Shown here: piece after piece, positions 18,001 through 23,400 of the stretch
How the letters are laid out: each line of letters begins with the position of its first letter
How positions within the stretch are numbered: position 1 is the first letter of the stretch
Source of the DNA: Candidatus Makaraimicrobium thalassicum
Lineage (GTDB): Bacteria > Omnitrophota > Gorgyraeia > Tantalellales > Tantalellaceae
Direction of reading: 5' to 3'
Length of the DNA stretch: 64,000 bases
Assembly: GCA_003644505.1 (NCBI GenBank)
Contig: QNCM01000002.1
Span: 4,414 to 68,413, forward strand
Position numbers and translations under genes: made by a program
The notes under the pieces: model-generated
Told to the model about the DNA's origin: nothing
The model's database searches: none
Seen by the model: the letters and a program-made list of their open reading frames with translations, nothing else

Positions 18001-20388
18001 GGCCTTACGACGGGAGACTTCGCTTGGCAGGTCGGTGTTTCGCGCGGGACAAGCGTTCTGGTGGATAGATGGCAGAGAGATGAAGCAGTGCCTCTGGCCG
18101 GGCGTTTAGCAAAAATGACCCGGATATTCAGCAGTGTAAAAGAGGATATAGAGGTCACGCATATTCTTTACGGAAAGCCCCTTGACGCGTTTTTATCAGA
18201 GTCGCACAGTTTCGGCGAAAGGGTCGAGACCGTCCGGCTGGCTTCAGGATTGACTAATGATCAGATGTCGAAAGCCCTGAAAGTTAATCCTGAGAGCTTG
18301 CGTAACTGGAGAAAACAGGCATATCCCGGCGTGATTGGAGACAGGAAAGTGGCGTTACTGGATGTTTATCACAGACAAACCGGCAGATATCTGGATGGAT
18401 GCCTGCTTTTTTACGGGAAGGCCTTGAATACGCTTTTGGACGAACTTGACAGGTCAAAAGGCTTTCAAATGATCAGATATTTCAGGCTTTCCGCGGGGTT
18501 GAGCCTAAAAGAGGTAAGTGACAGTTTAGGCGTTGGTGTGAAAACCGTAAAGTCTTGGGAGGAGGGGCTGCGGCTGCCTTACAGAGAAGACATGCTCAGT
18601 TTTGTCGAATTGTTCGAAGAAGTTCTTACTGCCAGGGGCAAAGACATAAGAGTAAAGATGATAAAAGACTATTTTGAGCCGTTACTGGTTGTCTCGCTGG
18701 ACTCTGCCGATGTAATCGCCGGCCCGCATCGCGGGAAAACCCCGAAAGAGAACTTAAGATCGCTGAAACGCGGACATGCAGACCTTCCTGAAAAGGCAGT
18801 GAGTGCGGTTAGAGGCAGTATTCCTGGAGGGCTTTCACGGACTCAGGACGAGGTAGCTCTGGAGGCCGTCGGGCCTGCCGGAGCGGCCGATGCCGCAGGG
18901 AAGGCATTGGGAGGGGCATATTTCAGTGGAAAGGACGCAGACGTTAAAAAAGGTATTAAAGGAAGATACTCCAAATACGCCGGCTCGGAAACATATATCG
19001 GGGATAAGGAAACTCTTTATATCAGCGCGTTGTCTACTCCTTTTGAGGGTGGATTACGCAAACGCCTTGCCGGAATAATTTTAGGTGAAACAGGCAGTGA
19101 TGCGCGCGTTCTGTCGGTTGGAGTGGGGACTGGTATCTTTGAGCACGAACTGGTGAAAGCCGGATGTGATGTTACAGGGGTGGATATCACGCCTGAGGTC
19201 TTAAAACGCGCCGAGGAAAGGGGAATAAGCACGATCGAAGCTGACGCAAGCGATCCGGCGTTCTGGATGGATACTGGACGAAAGCAGCGGTTTGATGCCG
19301 TGCTGTTTGTCGAGTCAATGCCGGATTTTGAGCCGGATAGTATTTTTGATATGGCAAAGCAGGTCCTGACTCCCGGAGGCCGGATATATGTTTTAACGAG
19401 AGATGACAGGAAGCATCGCCGGGAAGAAGAGTATAAGAAAGCGCTCCAAAGGCAGGATTTTGAGATTTCGAGAGGATCGGGCACGGCGCATTTCGGGGAA
19501 TATGTACTGATGTGGATGATCTCGGCGCGGTTACTGGGCCAGGACACAGCGGATGACAGGACTGATGCGGAATCACCAGAACCCCGTGCCTCTGGACTTA
19601 ACATGCGGGTCAAAAAGATCGATGAAGATTCACCGCGCTGCGAAACCAGCCGGAGAATGAGATTTTTTGGTGCGGACACGGATATGAGGAGGACGGCTGA
19701 ACCGCCCGCGGAAATTTCCTGGGGCGGCGAAAGGATCATGGAGAACTCGAAAGCCGTCATACCCTGGCTTGTCCAGGCCATGATAGACGCTTCGGAGAAG
19801 ATCTCGGAAAAGGAAAAAAAAGAGAAGGTTGTCCTGCTTCTTGACACTGAACTGGCGGAGCTCGGAGGAAAAGAGGCCGGGAAGGAGATAGAAAGGCTTA
19901 TTCGTCTGCTCGCGGCCGTGAAGAGCAATAACAACGACCTTAAGCGATTCCTGAAGAACCTTGAGATAGTAAAGGGCAAAGGCAGGGAGCTTTTGAATAA
20001 AAGAGGCACGGAAAAGGCGGAAAACATCATCGTGGTGACGAAGAGTTCCAATGTGGGGTATTTTAAAAGCCTCGAAGGCAGCGCGGTCATAGCGGCTGTT
20101 GATGATAAGGAATTCCCGAATACCGCGTACCTGCCGCTGCTGGAGGTCACCCTTTTCGCGATAGGCAAACATCTCGGATGGAGCGGGGACGTTCTTCTCG
20201 AACATTACAGGAACATACCGAATGCCGTTCCTGCCGAAGAGCTCAGTGAAAAAGACTTTAACAGGCTTTTCAGGACAGATATGAGGAACATGGTCATAAG
20301 GCTGATACCTGACGCTGCCAGGTTCGATACAGAGAAGGAACTGGTGGAAATGATGGCGCGCGTAAGAAAAATTCTCACAAAGGCGTAA
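1..20388 (+). CDS. Giant modular multidomain protein (>=6,792 aa), probably 5'-truncated; putative exported effector/polyprotein
   Basis: Uninterrupted frame from base 1 (agc atc tct atg...) to TAA ending at 20388. It begins SISMLWQGVVWA|EP, which looks like the tail of a signal peptide, so the true start is probably upstream. Domain motifs are recognisable throughout (see sub-features). Confidence 0.9.
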   Translation, partial: SISMLWQGVVWAEPDAFSKHTLQPQTLFTRPGLQDTFLMLASGYLGVYLNGIENDPRNQNVARIRSLVNSALAQIRDSEDIPPEFKKTIPHNVKLRQQKSAVIMDMGQYKIRYFNHRIPGSEIPSTEESGISYEVLQTYVGRYLSRQILIQKALSSPPHSDVSGKAVVGTTPEPEEIPEEIVETVQEPEGDLSKSPEDSEALREISDKKWKRALRWNGIYLACYCFIQLGIILSGWAGAEIVSQPVLGSSEGYISGALALTSLGLWMWARSYHPWRETAGVTPQILVVSGPYRYLRHPVYSAMLMISASCSVFVYGQLGIIVSAPLFVLNGVVFVLFNSLARSEEEELTVRFGEEYRRILRRTYSWLPRLFPQAHPGSGPSAGTGYSEKDFISDDEKKERGAGEQRTGRIEKFDLVSGLKELSGSVANLLQEKELVVIAMTGNRGAGKTTVSKLLGQGFAGARKEEILVIEQDAIHNLRKIAEERQEVFNDGVKRDGAGKKIIIVEGFYASENFGPKSVLKTPDVLVILEADEKIRQRRVAERIGSKAWLAQLATVIMDGDKEPVYPEAEYQLNITNNIPLQIIKDDIENVLRPGWAKKDVSVSEPEDRWYSIFPKIYKKLSGLIRRNLMPLYAEADYAIEYLEKYGWSVPAFSNPASVSSAEHGLVLLSLALCAGAIKTVGRRPQLEKARRLLNEQKYDEVKQICGRLREPLKRKKNKEDYVECLNLLGFAYNGNKEFSKAGEIFKEAIAEGVKARVGQATISIFFRQNIYSKAMSLFYEKGDVQGAVSVLEQGKKDMPYDTTLSSLLGEMYYEAGDMASAEEILLKVLDELPEDEKDQRGVAYYRLGMVSLENGDVRQAEERFYLALERRPDSADVYHMLGWCESMRGEYEAARTEFQRARELGVSAGRTAQGFMVACIQEEKFGEAIDELRRALEADAEDPNIYRLLLNNLPGKERLKQAFGVIFSLSDNELFKTAMKGLKAYYQNPKTGEDITAVLAEVLRELRGSADDVVASRASSACAELDAGLSDRLAILAIEAANKGDLAAAERYFDKAEGSDPRNVNVLHPLGDFLISIERYEEGIKRLEQAKGLIEDVNTPYGLDLVRDLRDAYVRYEKNLLKNGKIIQAGSLFRKALITAIEIDKRKDKEGEDSKELYEFLIDFVATLEGSPEGIEQGVAVLKELLPIAAEKSLSADLINFGLGKLYYEKSKMEEVFGNPETLVHLDQAVQATGKKDEYAALAAFHIRRQRGYIYLSSYDYRRAKQDFDICLQQQKVSEEMMAPVRIVASVIDEASGNHSGVIKRLNDVDEDLIPASHQVILNKLLGDAYYGIGDLDRALKFYQEALSKERTLFNPVIRVRLGRVYRDIGEPEKAVESCELALKEAMEDMDMVPAKGREDIESWIQNLGSNRDRIPVFNIQPLSEVLISMGALDVFSEKEISGKSLFDMGVELGRQEVEARKAFSNKVPDADIDLFAGIRKEVLLALAGEALQSENHAFWGEIIEALGKTGGEDIVDYLLDKLELPFLKGEKGLEPLQNFLRALLWTRESRAWEQVDRVMAGQDKRSRKKIAKAITRLKKELGRDEERSRKAEEAEKARKAREAEEAERLRKEREEKKAEKAREAKEKKARQKAYRAVPPAVMEILGPEQVDAIIDEAIQQGESEETDVTLTIMAVDALSDRYIKYHRLIGEQRDELAERLRRERISLPEFLRTLDDEAPATGWKQTVEVSAGELYLVEFGTWKKYEGLGSEGFEPEVILEVRSPEIDRESLSAYQERLKEALVESGIYRRWSEAELETLGGNLYPGTEEDQGAYDDRWDGIMDFFAGLFTEISTEIEVKEKDTPTAPEKTTMKAPGSLSMDEDRRIDKQYITGLVSKATERTWEVNIPAAADYINRHAPPLKTAHVEPGGIRIFTVDSLGDKLGIPRFKGAEKAPDLVYAYGVFDEEEDDLKIYATEAYFDAHLKDDILALAEIIDHEYTENVLGYSHRAAASRSRKFVPEGGFLSPFHYFYINRIIEEGDYLLAGSLVPERDASDDIVEANKGDKDAAGKIQSYEKLFFSYLRLLEWLSKADKEKNHDVLAEYALRAYKILERYPEIILTEGQKEIYQRISPERFYIHEYESAKKVSMPLSEFPFDEFEHYGENTVFLGSKFGSRGGLYCKGKKKPLIRITEHPGRKIAFNLKNGDIYRIWILDDGDNVIDFRQMGQIYETDGRFRKRFYYKITRSQFNELGDCIIKEHRLDAAGTLHIGGRVVRFGAYYANCKVEIKVRSGQIDSVWIFDEHGLPVKKADFVLIFDCNGISKAGTNQIPRFASLTRDDRKLSSRAREPEATESRDLSSKRGWLKGSFYRNLTRNELEKLDNVTLKRLRLNSRGARYLGGSKDPVPYFPRHPNAEVEIDMIQGHIDKVRILGSDGEVVEEHIFKLVYDEEGRITCSFHKDMAEDDFEKITGRITRLKTGGGGHLRAGTAALGTFTGHKNCPAEAEIERGIPKVIRFYEDMETRKPAGKPVRYSLIYDAGGRLIDSFRKQYSKAAGERLKKATVKEFYLNKGASLKFGERYWATFDRKEYGGRKIEFDVTDGIVTEVRIFDRQGENIEKTCPFSLVYEIGGKGKEKLVDSFWTAYGPEKFEKLTNHVIRTLKLSKYGALDIGGRVGRNKNMPRAKFPGNPGAEVVVYVKEGEVIRVTDIAGDELEGTYFGRDKTGASGESNLDRRYGQGPLAAGTVDRSAYRMPKKPFEILKEKIKEAVSKGEIPDGDHERFLSHGLAWTDKGARVHFIRNSKIYTLAMEAMNTGSGAGDQIKDYHDLMGYINLYLRTKYIIKRFRREYKYDIVKQVILRLKDYPRYIRLLEFYRDQYGKFAGEDRKGDEEALLEDMISRFVASRALGGGAVELLDEKGMNRSLDDFWPLASCVIKDGLWMFENELDKIKDIIFKENAQLKDEYKTAKEKQERLKKRIFQLLNEASPTVKQLIEIIRILDPQAEARSRAQEDASAFEGYLKEDMVIIAGYLRSSGYDVLDQAVLKKAFVSLKGKLMVIDSFDMFVRAVGGLDRRNMIDAVFEGSINFESALVSHMRGLNGTRNMGSRLRSLTAASGLSSDQAAEEIGCSPSTMRAWRTDESDPLPGYPPKIADVFSRRLGEPVSTSLLVYGQPLNDVLQKTATFGERLFILARLSGLDADETGKMIGRDGQTIGSWTREFNTPQQELDYLKLAGIFSKRLKEKIEVTTLMSGISLDEFLCSEKVKAPNGGGEIQVTPGLRIRVLRLSCGLTTTELAEKAGVPHGTRSLVNKWEREGVLPRVDRLLKLSRIFGKVKKDIEVTHILYGKSLVKFLSKSDSFGERVESIRLALGLELKQMAEAMGIHLATLRVWRKRVDPPANDKPITLLDVYHRETGKYLDGCLLFYGKTLNTLLDELDRSKAPEIIKYFRISAGLSRKEVSDKLGVDENTVWQWESGVTLPHRSNMVALTGMFKELFASRDNGISVRIVAEHLVPLLLIPPGHTDRGPALFVDPATGDVRALKGEPDAPGMISEHKAINLVCDELVFKRQRPPLAAGDPLYDFVSEVAPETDIYVIDDAALKQGLEKLARKNNQPGLAGLAGGLITHAGTWRDPETGRIRALNMFIPASVYELLLGFLQRRHLMEQVVPLLGFWRAHEIGHLIDREYDLDDELPEGAEDMARLILLLSKAQWAMEKGRLKQAQKYADTALELHPGFDFTLDLRLRIEESGYGMSGVRVSMMAVLDANMRDKAMIIRRHPPEDNVLDTLAGKAGKDSKRLSQVIQVILQQAFETIKRGGPALAEFLDDLKIRGAGIEQGLSDPEEEIALERGIAEGGMQDIGDYVVLPVVCRYITRALEQSPKLTWQMSVVEKLMDLAGKGRIGSKTEVYHEESGYRTSLLSYIYYLGARAYMAANLNKAVMYFEKSTQQDRPMPVSFTGLALSLVESDRTEGSFERAYQVLGQARDNFGDLAVIAEAEGILHAEQEKTALALREARELFKSGNYVACRQRIEEETKRLHSTSLFPSFKKFEGKGGLGRLVSGRTGSAAVSPLLTELNARNETLLRLKYRARQNLSMGDYDQAERRFREVLDQNPSDSEIEQLLLDISRKREEAQEKRTAEELGLFAECLKKAEGQLSSGDREVSDGRLESAEEYYKKALLELERAPQVEMSAVRVDEKMREAIRRIDSIGKEIAEKIRDIQAERQSRAGETGVIFSGDVAGAFDKALYPPEGKITVPPIPGSAQRIILEAVRKVSEGDERDVRDIPSRGDVWVCLAGIYRIVFTLTDSGDIFVVWVGSKDTAKYKKVLAPLPEGFDPEKMLDRAVRIEDIGSGAPARPVRAQAKNKPGGPALFVDPVTRQMRALKDEPDAAGMISEHEAVNMVCDELVFKQKRQPLSAGDPLYDFFSELVPDTDIYVIDDAALKQALERLAKKNSQPGLASLAEGLITHVGTWRDPATGRQRAQNMFIPDSVYGFLVKLLKKRDWFPDAGILLEFWRLHERIHFLLREIDIDGMIASGESQEMAELVLLLSRAERALEKGMLEEASEYAKKAIEVNTNLAVTLELNGRISEVRKDWDEAFQDYLIALAAANLQSKEITIGHPLESRVLNMLKKITTASPKKVFRGVMDQVEFLKSLGQTSPVSDEDRERHIITYFGILPVTCRYATPPLQIKPAQWDLTMTRFQVAVADRLLELLKEGKIVDPMDGGESGRLLSYIYYLAGEASRSAGDIDQAVAYFRESVRYDEPFSRSPAALAVSLAHRDGTPGSVEEAYQVLSSAEEQFGPLDVFSSAREYVRETEEWILVHEEALELFRRCDYEACQRCITEARRKKGETALPAPLSVSLENLRKSARLADRLKNRGIESFKNQDYMAAEKCFEAVLEENPADEEVMGLRARIREIKEERQKKTTAADTADKRDQATEKCYLAVQKFRLIAERQENAGRLSRASKNYRKALAELEEVPPFYTAIGQIRRQIEKKLAAIKGLPDKTVRKGEKSGPQERKKKKKRKRAAAAEPEIPGEIKSRRDVKVIKRQVFLSREAVDVLTKKKTVSKKDRENILVTVKTVSQVPDREMLKKLHLNLHGSLFSRKVGKLNVIFTIMDDESILVLRVGKLAKTAHKKMINLFPEHFDYRSILKNAVRIEDLEKKPLPRKERPTMKAPGSLSMDEDRRVDKQYITGLVSKATERTGEVSIPDAADYINRHAPPLKAANVEPGGIRIFTVDSLGDKMGIPRFKGAEKASDLVYAYGVFNEQEDALKIYVTRGYFDTHLKGDVLALAEIIDHEYTENVLGYSHRVAASRSRRFVPKGGFLSPFHYFYINRIISEGDYSLANSFVPGRSASEDVIKAYKGDKDAIGEIESYERLFFRYLLLSEWLRKADAEKDHNILVAEYASRAHEILESAPEIVLTEEQSRIYKEISPERFRVREYENARKGFKPLSGKSEEDDVGRHRGEKPLAGETVDRFAYRMPRRMSEILEKRIEEAAAEQKISDEDYGRFLRHGLAWIDKGPKEHFEHSLKIYFLATEVMNTGLSADNQIKGHRQIMKHIKLYLRTRYVIGKFKGKYGYDAVKQVMARLRDYPRYTRLLEFYRNQYGEFVGKDGEEDEEALIGDLLGRFVANRALGAGTVELLDENGMVRRLEDFWPLASCVIKNGLGMLENELDKDKDVIFNKDMQLKAKYKTAKDEQEQLEKRIFQLLNKAPCTKKELAEVIRILDPEAETRLGGEEELEAFLEEDIDIIARHLRSFGYSALDRPVLTKAFVFLENKLMTAASFDIFLRVVGFLDRKNMIDATLEAGITFESALISHMRDLNGAGRLKNRLRSLTAASGLSVGQAAEEVGCSVAAMLRWRIGEYDPLPRYLPRMAEVFSGRTGEPVSTSVLVYGEPLNDVLQRTSTFGERLFILARLSGLGQEGVGRIIGRKGATIGRWTREVYMPKEEPDYFKLAGLFSKRLKKKIDVATLISGISLDKFLRRERVMSPKGGGDIQVTPGLRIKVLRMSCGLTTGDFAWQVGVSRGTSVLVDRWQRDEAVPLAGRLAKMTRIFSSVKEDIEVTHILYGKPLDAFLSESHSFGERVETVRLASGLTNDQMSKALKVNPESLRNWRKQAYPGVIGDRKVALLDVYHRQTGRYLDGCLLFYGKALNTLLDELDRSKGFQMIRYFRLSAGLSLKEVSDSLGVGVKTVKSWEEGLRLPYREDMLSFVELFEEVLTARGKDIRVKMIKDYFEPLLVVSLDSADVIAGPHRGKTPKENLRSLKRGHADLPEKAVSAVRGSIPGGLSRTQDEVALEAVGPAGAADAAGKALGGAYFSGKDADVKKGIKGRYSKYAGSETYIGDKETLYISALSTPFEGGLRKRLAGIILGETGSDARVLSVGVGTGIFEHELVKAGCDVTGVDITPEVLKRAEERGISTIEADASDPAFWMDTGRKQRFDAVLFVESMPDFEPDSIFDMAKQVLTPGGRIYVLTRDDRKHRREEEYKKALQRQDFEISRGSGTAHFGEYVLMWMISARLLGQDTADDRTDAESPEPRASGLNMRVKKIDEDSPRCETSRRMRFFGADTDMRRTAEPPAEISWGGERIMENSKAVIPWLVQAMIDASEKISEKEKKEKVVLLLDTELAELGGKEAGKEIERLIRLLAAVKSNNNDLKRFLKNLEIVKGKGRELLNKRGTEKAENIIVVTKSSNVGYFKSLEGSAVIAAVDDKEFPNTAYLPLLEVTLFAIGKHLGWSGDVLLEHYRNIPNAVPAEELSEKDFNRLFRTDMRNMVIRLIPDAARFDTEKELVEMMARVRKILTKA
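625..1115 (+). other. Domain in giant ORF: ICMT/PEMT-family integral-membrane methyltransferase
   Basis: Several hydrophobic helices plus the family motifs LVVSGPYRYLRHPVY and EEEELTVRFGEEY. Confidence 0.8.
1300..1790 (+). other. Domain in giant ORF: P-loop nucleoside/nucleotide-kinase-like NTPase
   Basis: VIAMTGNRGAGKTT (Walker A, nt 1324-1350), IIIVEG (Walker B-like) and lid-like EKIRQRRVAER. Confidence 0.7.
2060..4160 (+). repeat. TPR array in giant ORF
   Basis: Repeated ~34-aa helical units, e.g. AYYRLGMVSLENGDVRQAEERFYLALERRPD and LLGDAYYGIGDLDRALKFYQEALSK. Confidence 0.85.
5557..6390 (+). repeat. Internal duplication module A, copy 1 (HExxE...H domain)
   Basis: Near-identical DNA to 15466-16310 (both start ccaccatgaaagcgcc.ggttctttatcaatggatgagga); peptide TMKAPGSLSMDEDRR...EIIDHEYTENVLGYSHR. 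Confidence 0.95.
6430..8105 (+). repeat. About six degenerate ~90-aa beta-rich tandem repeats within giant ORF
   Basis: Recurring pattern G-x-L-x-(I/L)GG ... (V/I)E(I/F)xVxxG-x-I-xx-V-x-I-x-D ... F-x-L-(I/V)-Y-D-xx-G-x-L-xx-SF. Confidence 0.7.
6932..7019. repeat. REP/MITE-like palindromic element inserted in frame in the giant ORF
   Basis: ctcactcgggatgaca (6952-6967) pairs with tgtcatcccgagcgag (6974-6989); outer arms agatccctcgattcg and cgagtcgagagatct also pair. Confidence 0.8.
8155..10500 (+). repeat. Internal duplication module B, copy 1 (helical domain plus five tandem XRE-type HTHs)
   Basis: Homologous at DNA and protein level to 16354-18690; HTH units such as IIKYFRISAGLSRKEVSDKLGVDENTVWQWESGVTLP. 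Confidence 0.9.
10522..12990 (+). repeat. Internal tandem duplication module C, copy 1 (HEIGH metallopeptidase-like, TPR, RelE-like)
   Basis: Starts ggcccggcgctttttgtcgatccgg, identical to 13048; ends AVRIED in both copies; HEIGH at 10972-10986. Confidence 0.9.
13048..15435 (+). repeat. Internal tandem duplication module C, copy 2 (HERIH, TPR, RelE-like)
   Basis: GPALFVDP...LITHVGTWRDP...FWRLHERIH (HERIH at 13498-13512); ends AVRIEDL. Confidence 0.9.
15466..16310 (+). repeat. Internal duplication module A, copy 2
   Basis: Near-identical to 5557-6390 at an offset of ~9,912 nt. Confidence 0.95.
16354..18690 (+). repeat. Internal duplication module B, copy 2 (five XRE-type HTHs)
   Basis: Homologous to 8155-10500 at an offset of ~8,199 nt; shares exact runs such as ccttgaatacgcttttggacgaacttgacaggtcaaaag. 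Confidence 0.9.
19090..19540 (+). other. Domain in giant ORF: class I SAM-dependent methyltransferase
   Basis: Motif I RVLSVGVGTG, VTGVDIT, IEADA, FDAVLF and VLTPGGRIYV. Confidence 0.85.
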
Positions 20389-20406
20389 TCCGGTGAATGA
20401 GGAGCG

Positions 20407-23400
20407 ATGAGGATTCATCATGTGTATTCCAGACGCACGAAGAAAATGAACCGTATTATCACAGTGGTGATAATTACCTGTTTTGCCGCATGTGATATTG
20501 CGCGGGCGTACCCGGCCGGCATGCGGGCCGGTAGCGGCAGTCTCGTGCAGCAAACCTTATTCACCTCTCCGGATAAAGCCGGATCTCTTGCCAGGGCGGC
20601 AGCCAAATATCTTGAAGCGAGTATGGCGAAAGCCTTTGCCGGAATACCGCTCGCGGATGTCCAGGCCACGCTTGAATATATCAGGGAGACCGCGTTTTCC
20701 AGCTTGCGGATCGACGGCAGAAGATTTAATGTAACAGGCGGCGCCGAAGAAGGACAGGTCTTTGTAACAATATCAGAAAGCTGTGTTTTACGGTATTTCA
20801 ATCCTAAAATGCCCGCGCTCCCTCTTCCCGCAGATAACCTTACAGTATCCTGGGAATATCCCATCAATGAGTATCTTGGGTTCCAGCTGTTAAAAACCAA
20901 ACCGGCCGGTTCAACCCAGCCTGTTGAAAGTTCTGCCCTGGAAGCCGGGCAGGAGGATATGTTCCGCCGTCTTGGCATGAACAGCGAGGTTTTTCTGCAT
21001 GAGATAGTCAATATACAGTATGTTTTCAGCACAGTTTTGGAAATAGGGGAATTACGGTTGGAAAGAGACGGGGAAGGAACTACCCCTAAGTTCGCCGGGC
21101 TACTTGAATTGAATCAGCAGATGAAAGTGACCATTAACGGCTTAAAGGAACTAAGCAGATTGTTTGTATCTGGCAGATTGACGAAGGAATATCTGAACCA
21201 GACCCAGGGCTGTAGAGAATGGAGAGGGAAGGATCTTACGGAATATTTCTTTGAAGAAGTGGAAAAATTACACGATATGCTTGAATGTGTGAAAAACTAT
21301 CATCTGAACAGATATGTGCCGGTCTTTTCCCAGGAGCATAAGGCGTCAATAAAAATAGCGTCTCAGCTGATGCCGTTCGCATGTTCAAAAATAGCCGCCT
21401 TTTTTCGCTCAAAAGGCGGGTTAGACGCAATAGGACGTCAGCAGGAAATGGACGTGAATTCGGTTATCGAAATGGCGGCCGTCAGTTTTTTCCGCAAAGA
21501 TAAAAATATCATCTTATCTTTAAACGATGTTCCTCCGGTAATGGGGGATAAATTGTTGTTTATGGAAGTGTTGTACAACCTTATTAAAAATGGATTTGAA
21601 GCGGCAGATAAAGAAGGATTTGTCCGTGTGGGCACTTTTCTGGACAGCCAGTCAAATGAAGTTGTTGTTACCGTTGAAGACAACGGGAGAGGGATCGCGC
21701 CGCAGGATAAGGACCGTATTTATGAGATGTTTTTTACCACTAAGGGTGAATTGGGTACGGGGGTAGGGGTTGCCTTTTCAAAAGAAATAGTCGAAAACGC
21801 GGGCGGAACGATCACTTTTGATTCGGAATACGGAAAAGGCACGACGTTCACGATACGATTGCCGGCTTCCGCAGGGATTGATACAACCGGAAATCCCGGG
21901 GGCATTTTGGGTTATTTTAAGGCTTTGGACAAACAGGGAGATAATGCCGTGATCGCGGGCGTCAACCTCGCTGATCTTGAGAACGAATCGGATCTGACCG
22001 CTTATTTGAATGATTACTGTGTGGTTCAGGAAAAGGAGGTATTGAAGGATCTGTTGCAGAACAGGCTCAAAGGCGGAGAAAGGGCATTGTTCGATTCGGT
22101 TTTTAATCCCAGAGCAAGACTTGCGGAAAGGGTCAAAGGAGAGGGAAGACCGCCGCTTAAGGTAGTCCATGTCCGCGGCGGCAGAGGCGCCGCTAAGGTG
22201 ACTGAGGAACTGTCGGCACTGGCGCGGGAAGGTTTCGTGGATCTGACCATTATCCCCGGTGCAGTGGATGACGGAAGAAGCTGGGCCGATATGGCCTATT
22301 ACCTCAATACCACGGGGGTCCCTGACATGGGTAAGGGATATTCCGATATGGGCTCTGATACCGATGCGGTGGGTTTCGCGGTATCCAGGCTGGTGGAAGG
22401 GGATACCCCCTGTTCCAAACAAGAAGCATTCGAGTTGCTTGGAGAAGCGATCAGGGGTTTTAAAAACAAGTATCACAAAGCCGCGAACGCGGATGTTCGA
22501 AGATTGGTCAGGCAGTTTGAGGTTCTGGATAGAGAGAAAAGGGAGAGAGTACTGCCCTGTATCATCGAATTTTACGAAAGAATAAAGCTGGAACAGAGGA
22601 AGAACAACCTTTATATGGATATCAGAAGAATCCCCATGAGAAGCGTTATTATCGTCGGCGCCAGGGAGATATTCGGATCATGGCAGGGAGCGATAGATTT
22701 CTTCGGTGAGTTTGTGGATTCCGCGGGAAGGGTGTTGCTTCCTACCGAAGACAGATTATACGCGATGGCCTTACTGGAGGACGGCACGTTCCTGCCCACG
22801 GAGAACGCGCTGAACGAAGCCGGCAAGGACAGCGGCTATCTATATTTTACCGTGGGGCCCGGATCTTTTGCAAGTAAGGAGGTGTTTGAGGAGATATTTT
22901 ATGCGTCCATGGGAAGGCCGCCTCAGGAGCGCGAGAAAAGGATAATCGAGCTCCTCCGTATGTCTGAATATGACAGGTTAAAAGGTGAATCCATAAATTT
23001 ACTGAGAAATATGTCAAAGCCGGAGATAAAAAATTTCATAGGCTTCATAGAAAAAACTTTTTCCTACCTGTCCTCCGGCATAATGATCCAGCCTTCCGCG
23101 GCAGAGGCCGTAAGCGAGGCTGACATGATCATCTATGGGCCTACGGATATAGAGTCCAATATCGCTTCTGCCGTCATCTATGACGATATAAGAGAGGCCA
23201 TTGAGAGGAACAGGTCCGCTGTAAAGATACTTATAGGCAATTCCAGGGATGAGCATCATATCGAACCGCCCGGGACAACGATAAGCTCGCAGATGGAAAG
23301 GTTATACCGCTATTTGTCGGATCAGCAGCGGTACAGGGTAGATGAATGTGATTGGGGGAGGCTTACTGATTTTGTAACGCATGTCATAGGCAGAAAATAT

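Noticed and set aside
5557-18690. Diversity-generating retroelement template/variable repeat pair
   Set aside because: Differences between repeat copies are not confined to adenines, the repeats are kb-scale in-frame modules, and no reverse transcriptase is present in the window
19017-20553. Minus-strand ORFs of 383 and 307 aa
   Set aside because: They lie opposite the methyltransferase and the conserved C-terminal domain of the giant ORF; homology to ORF2 supports the + frame
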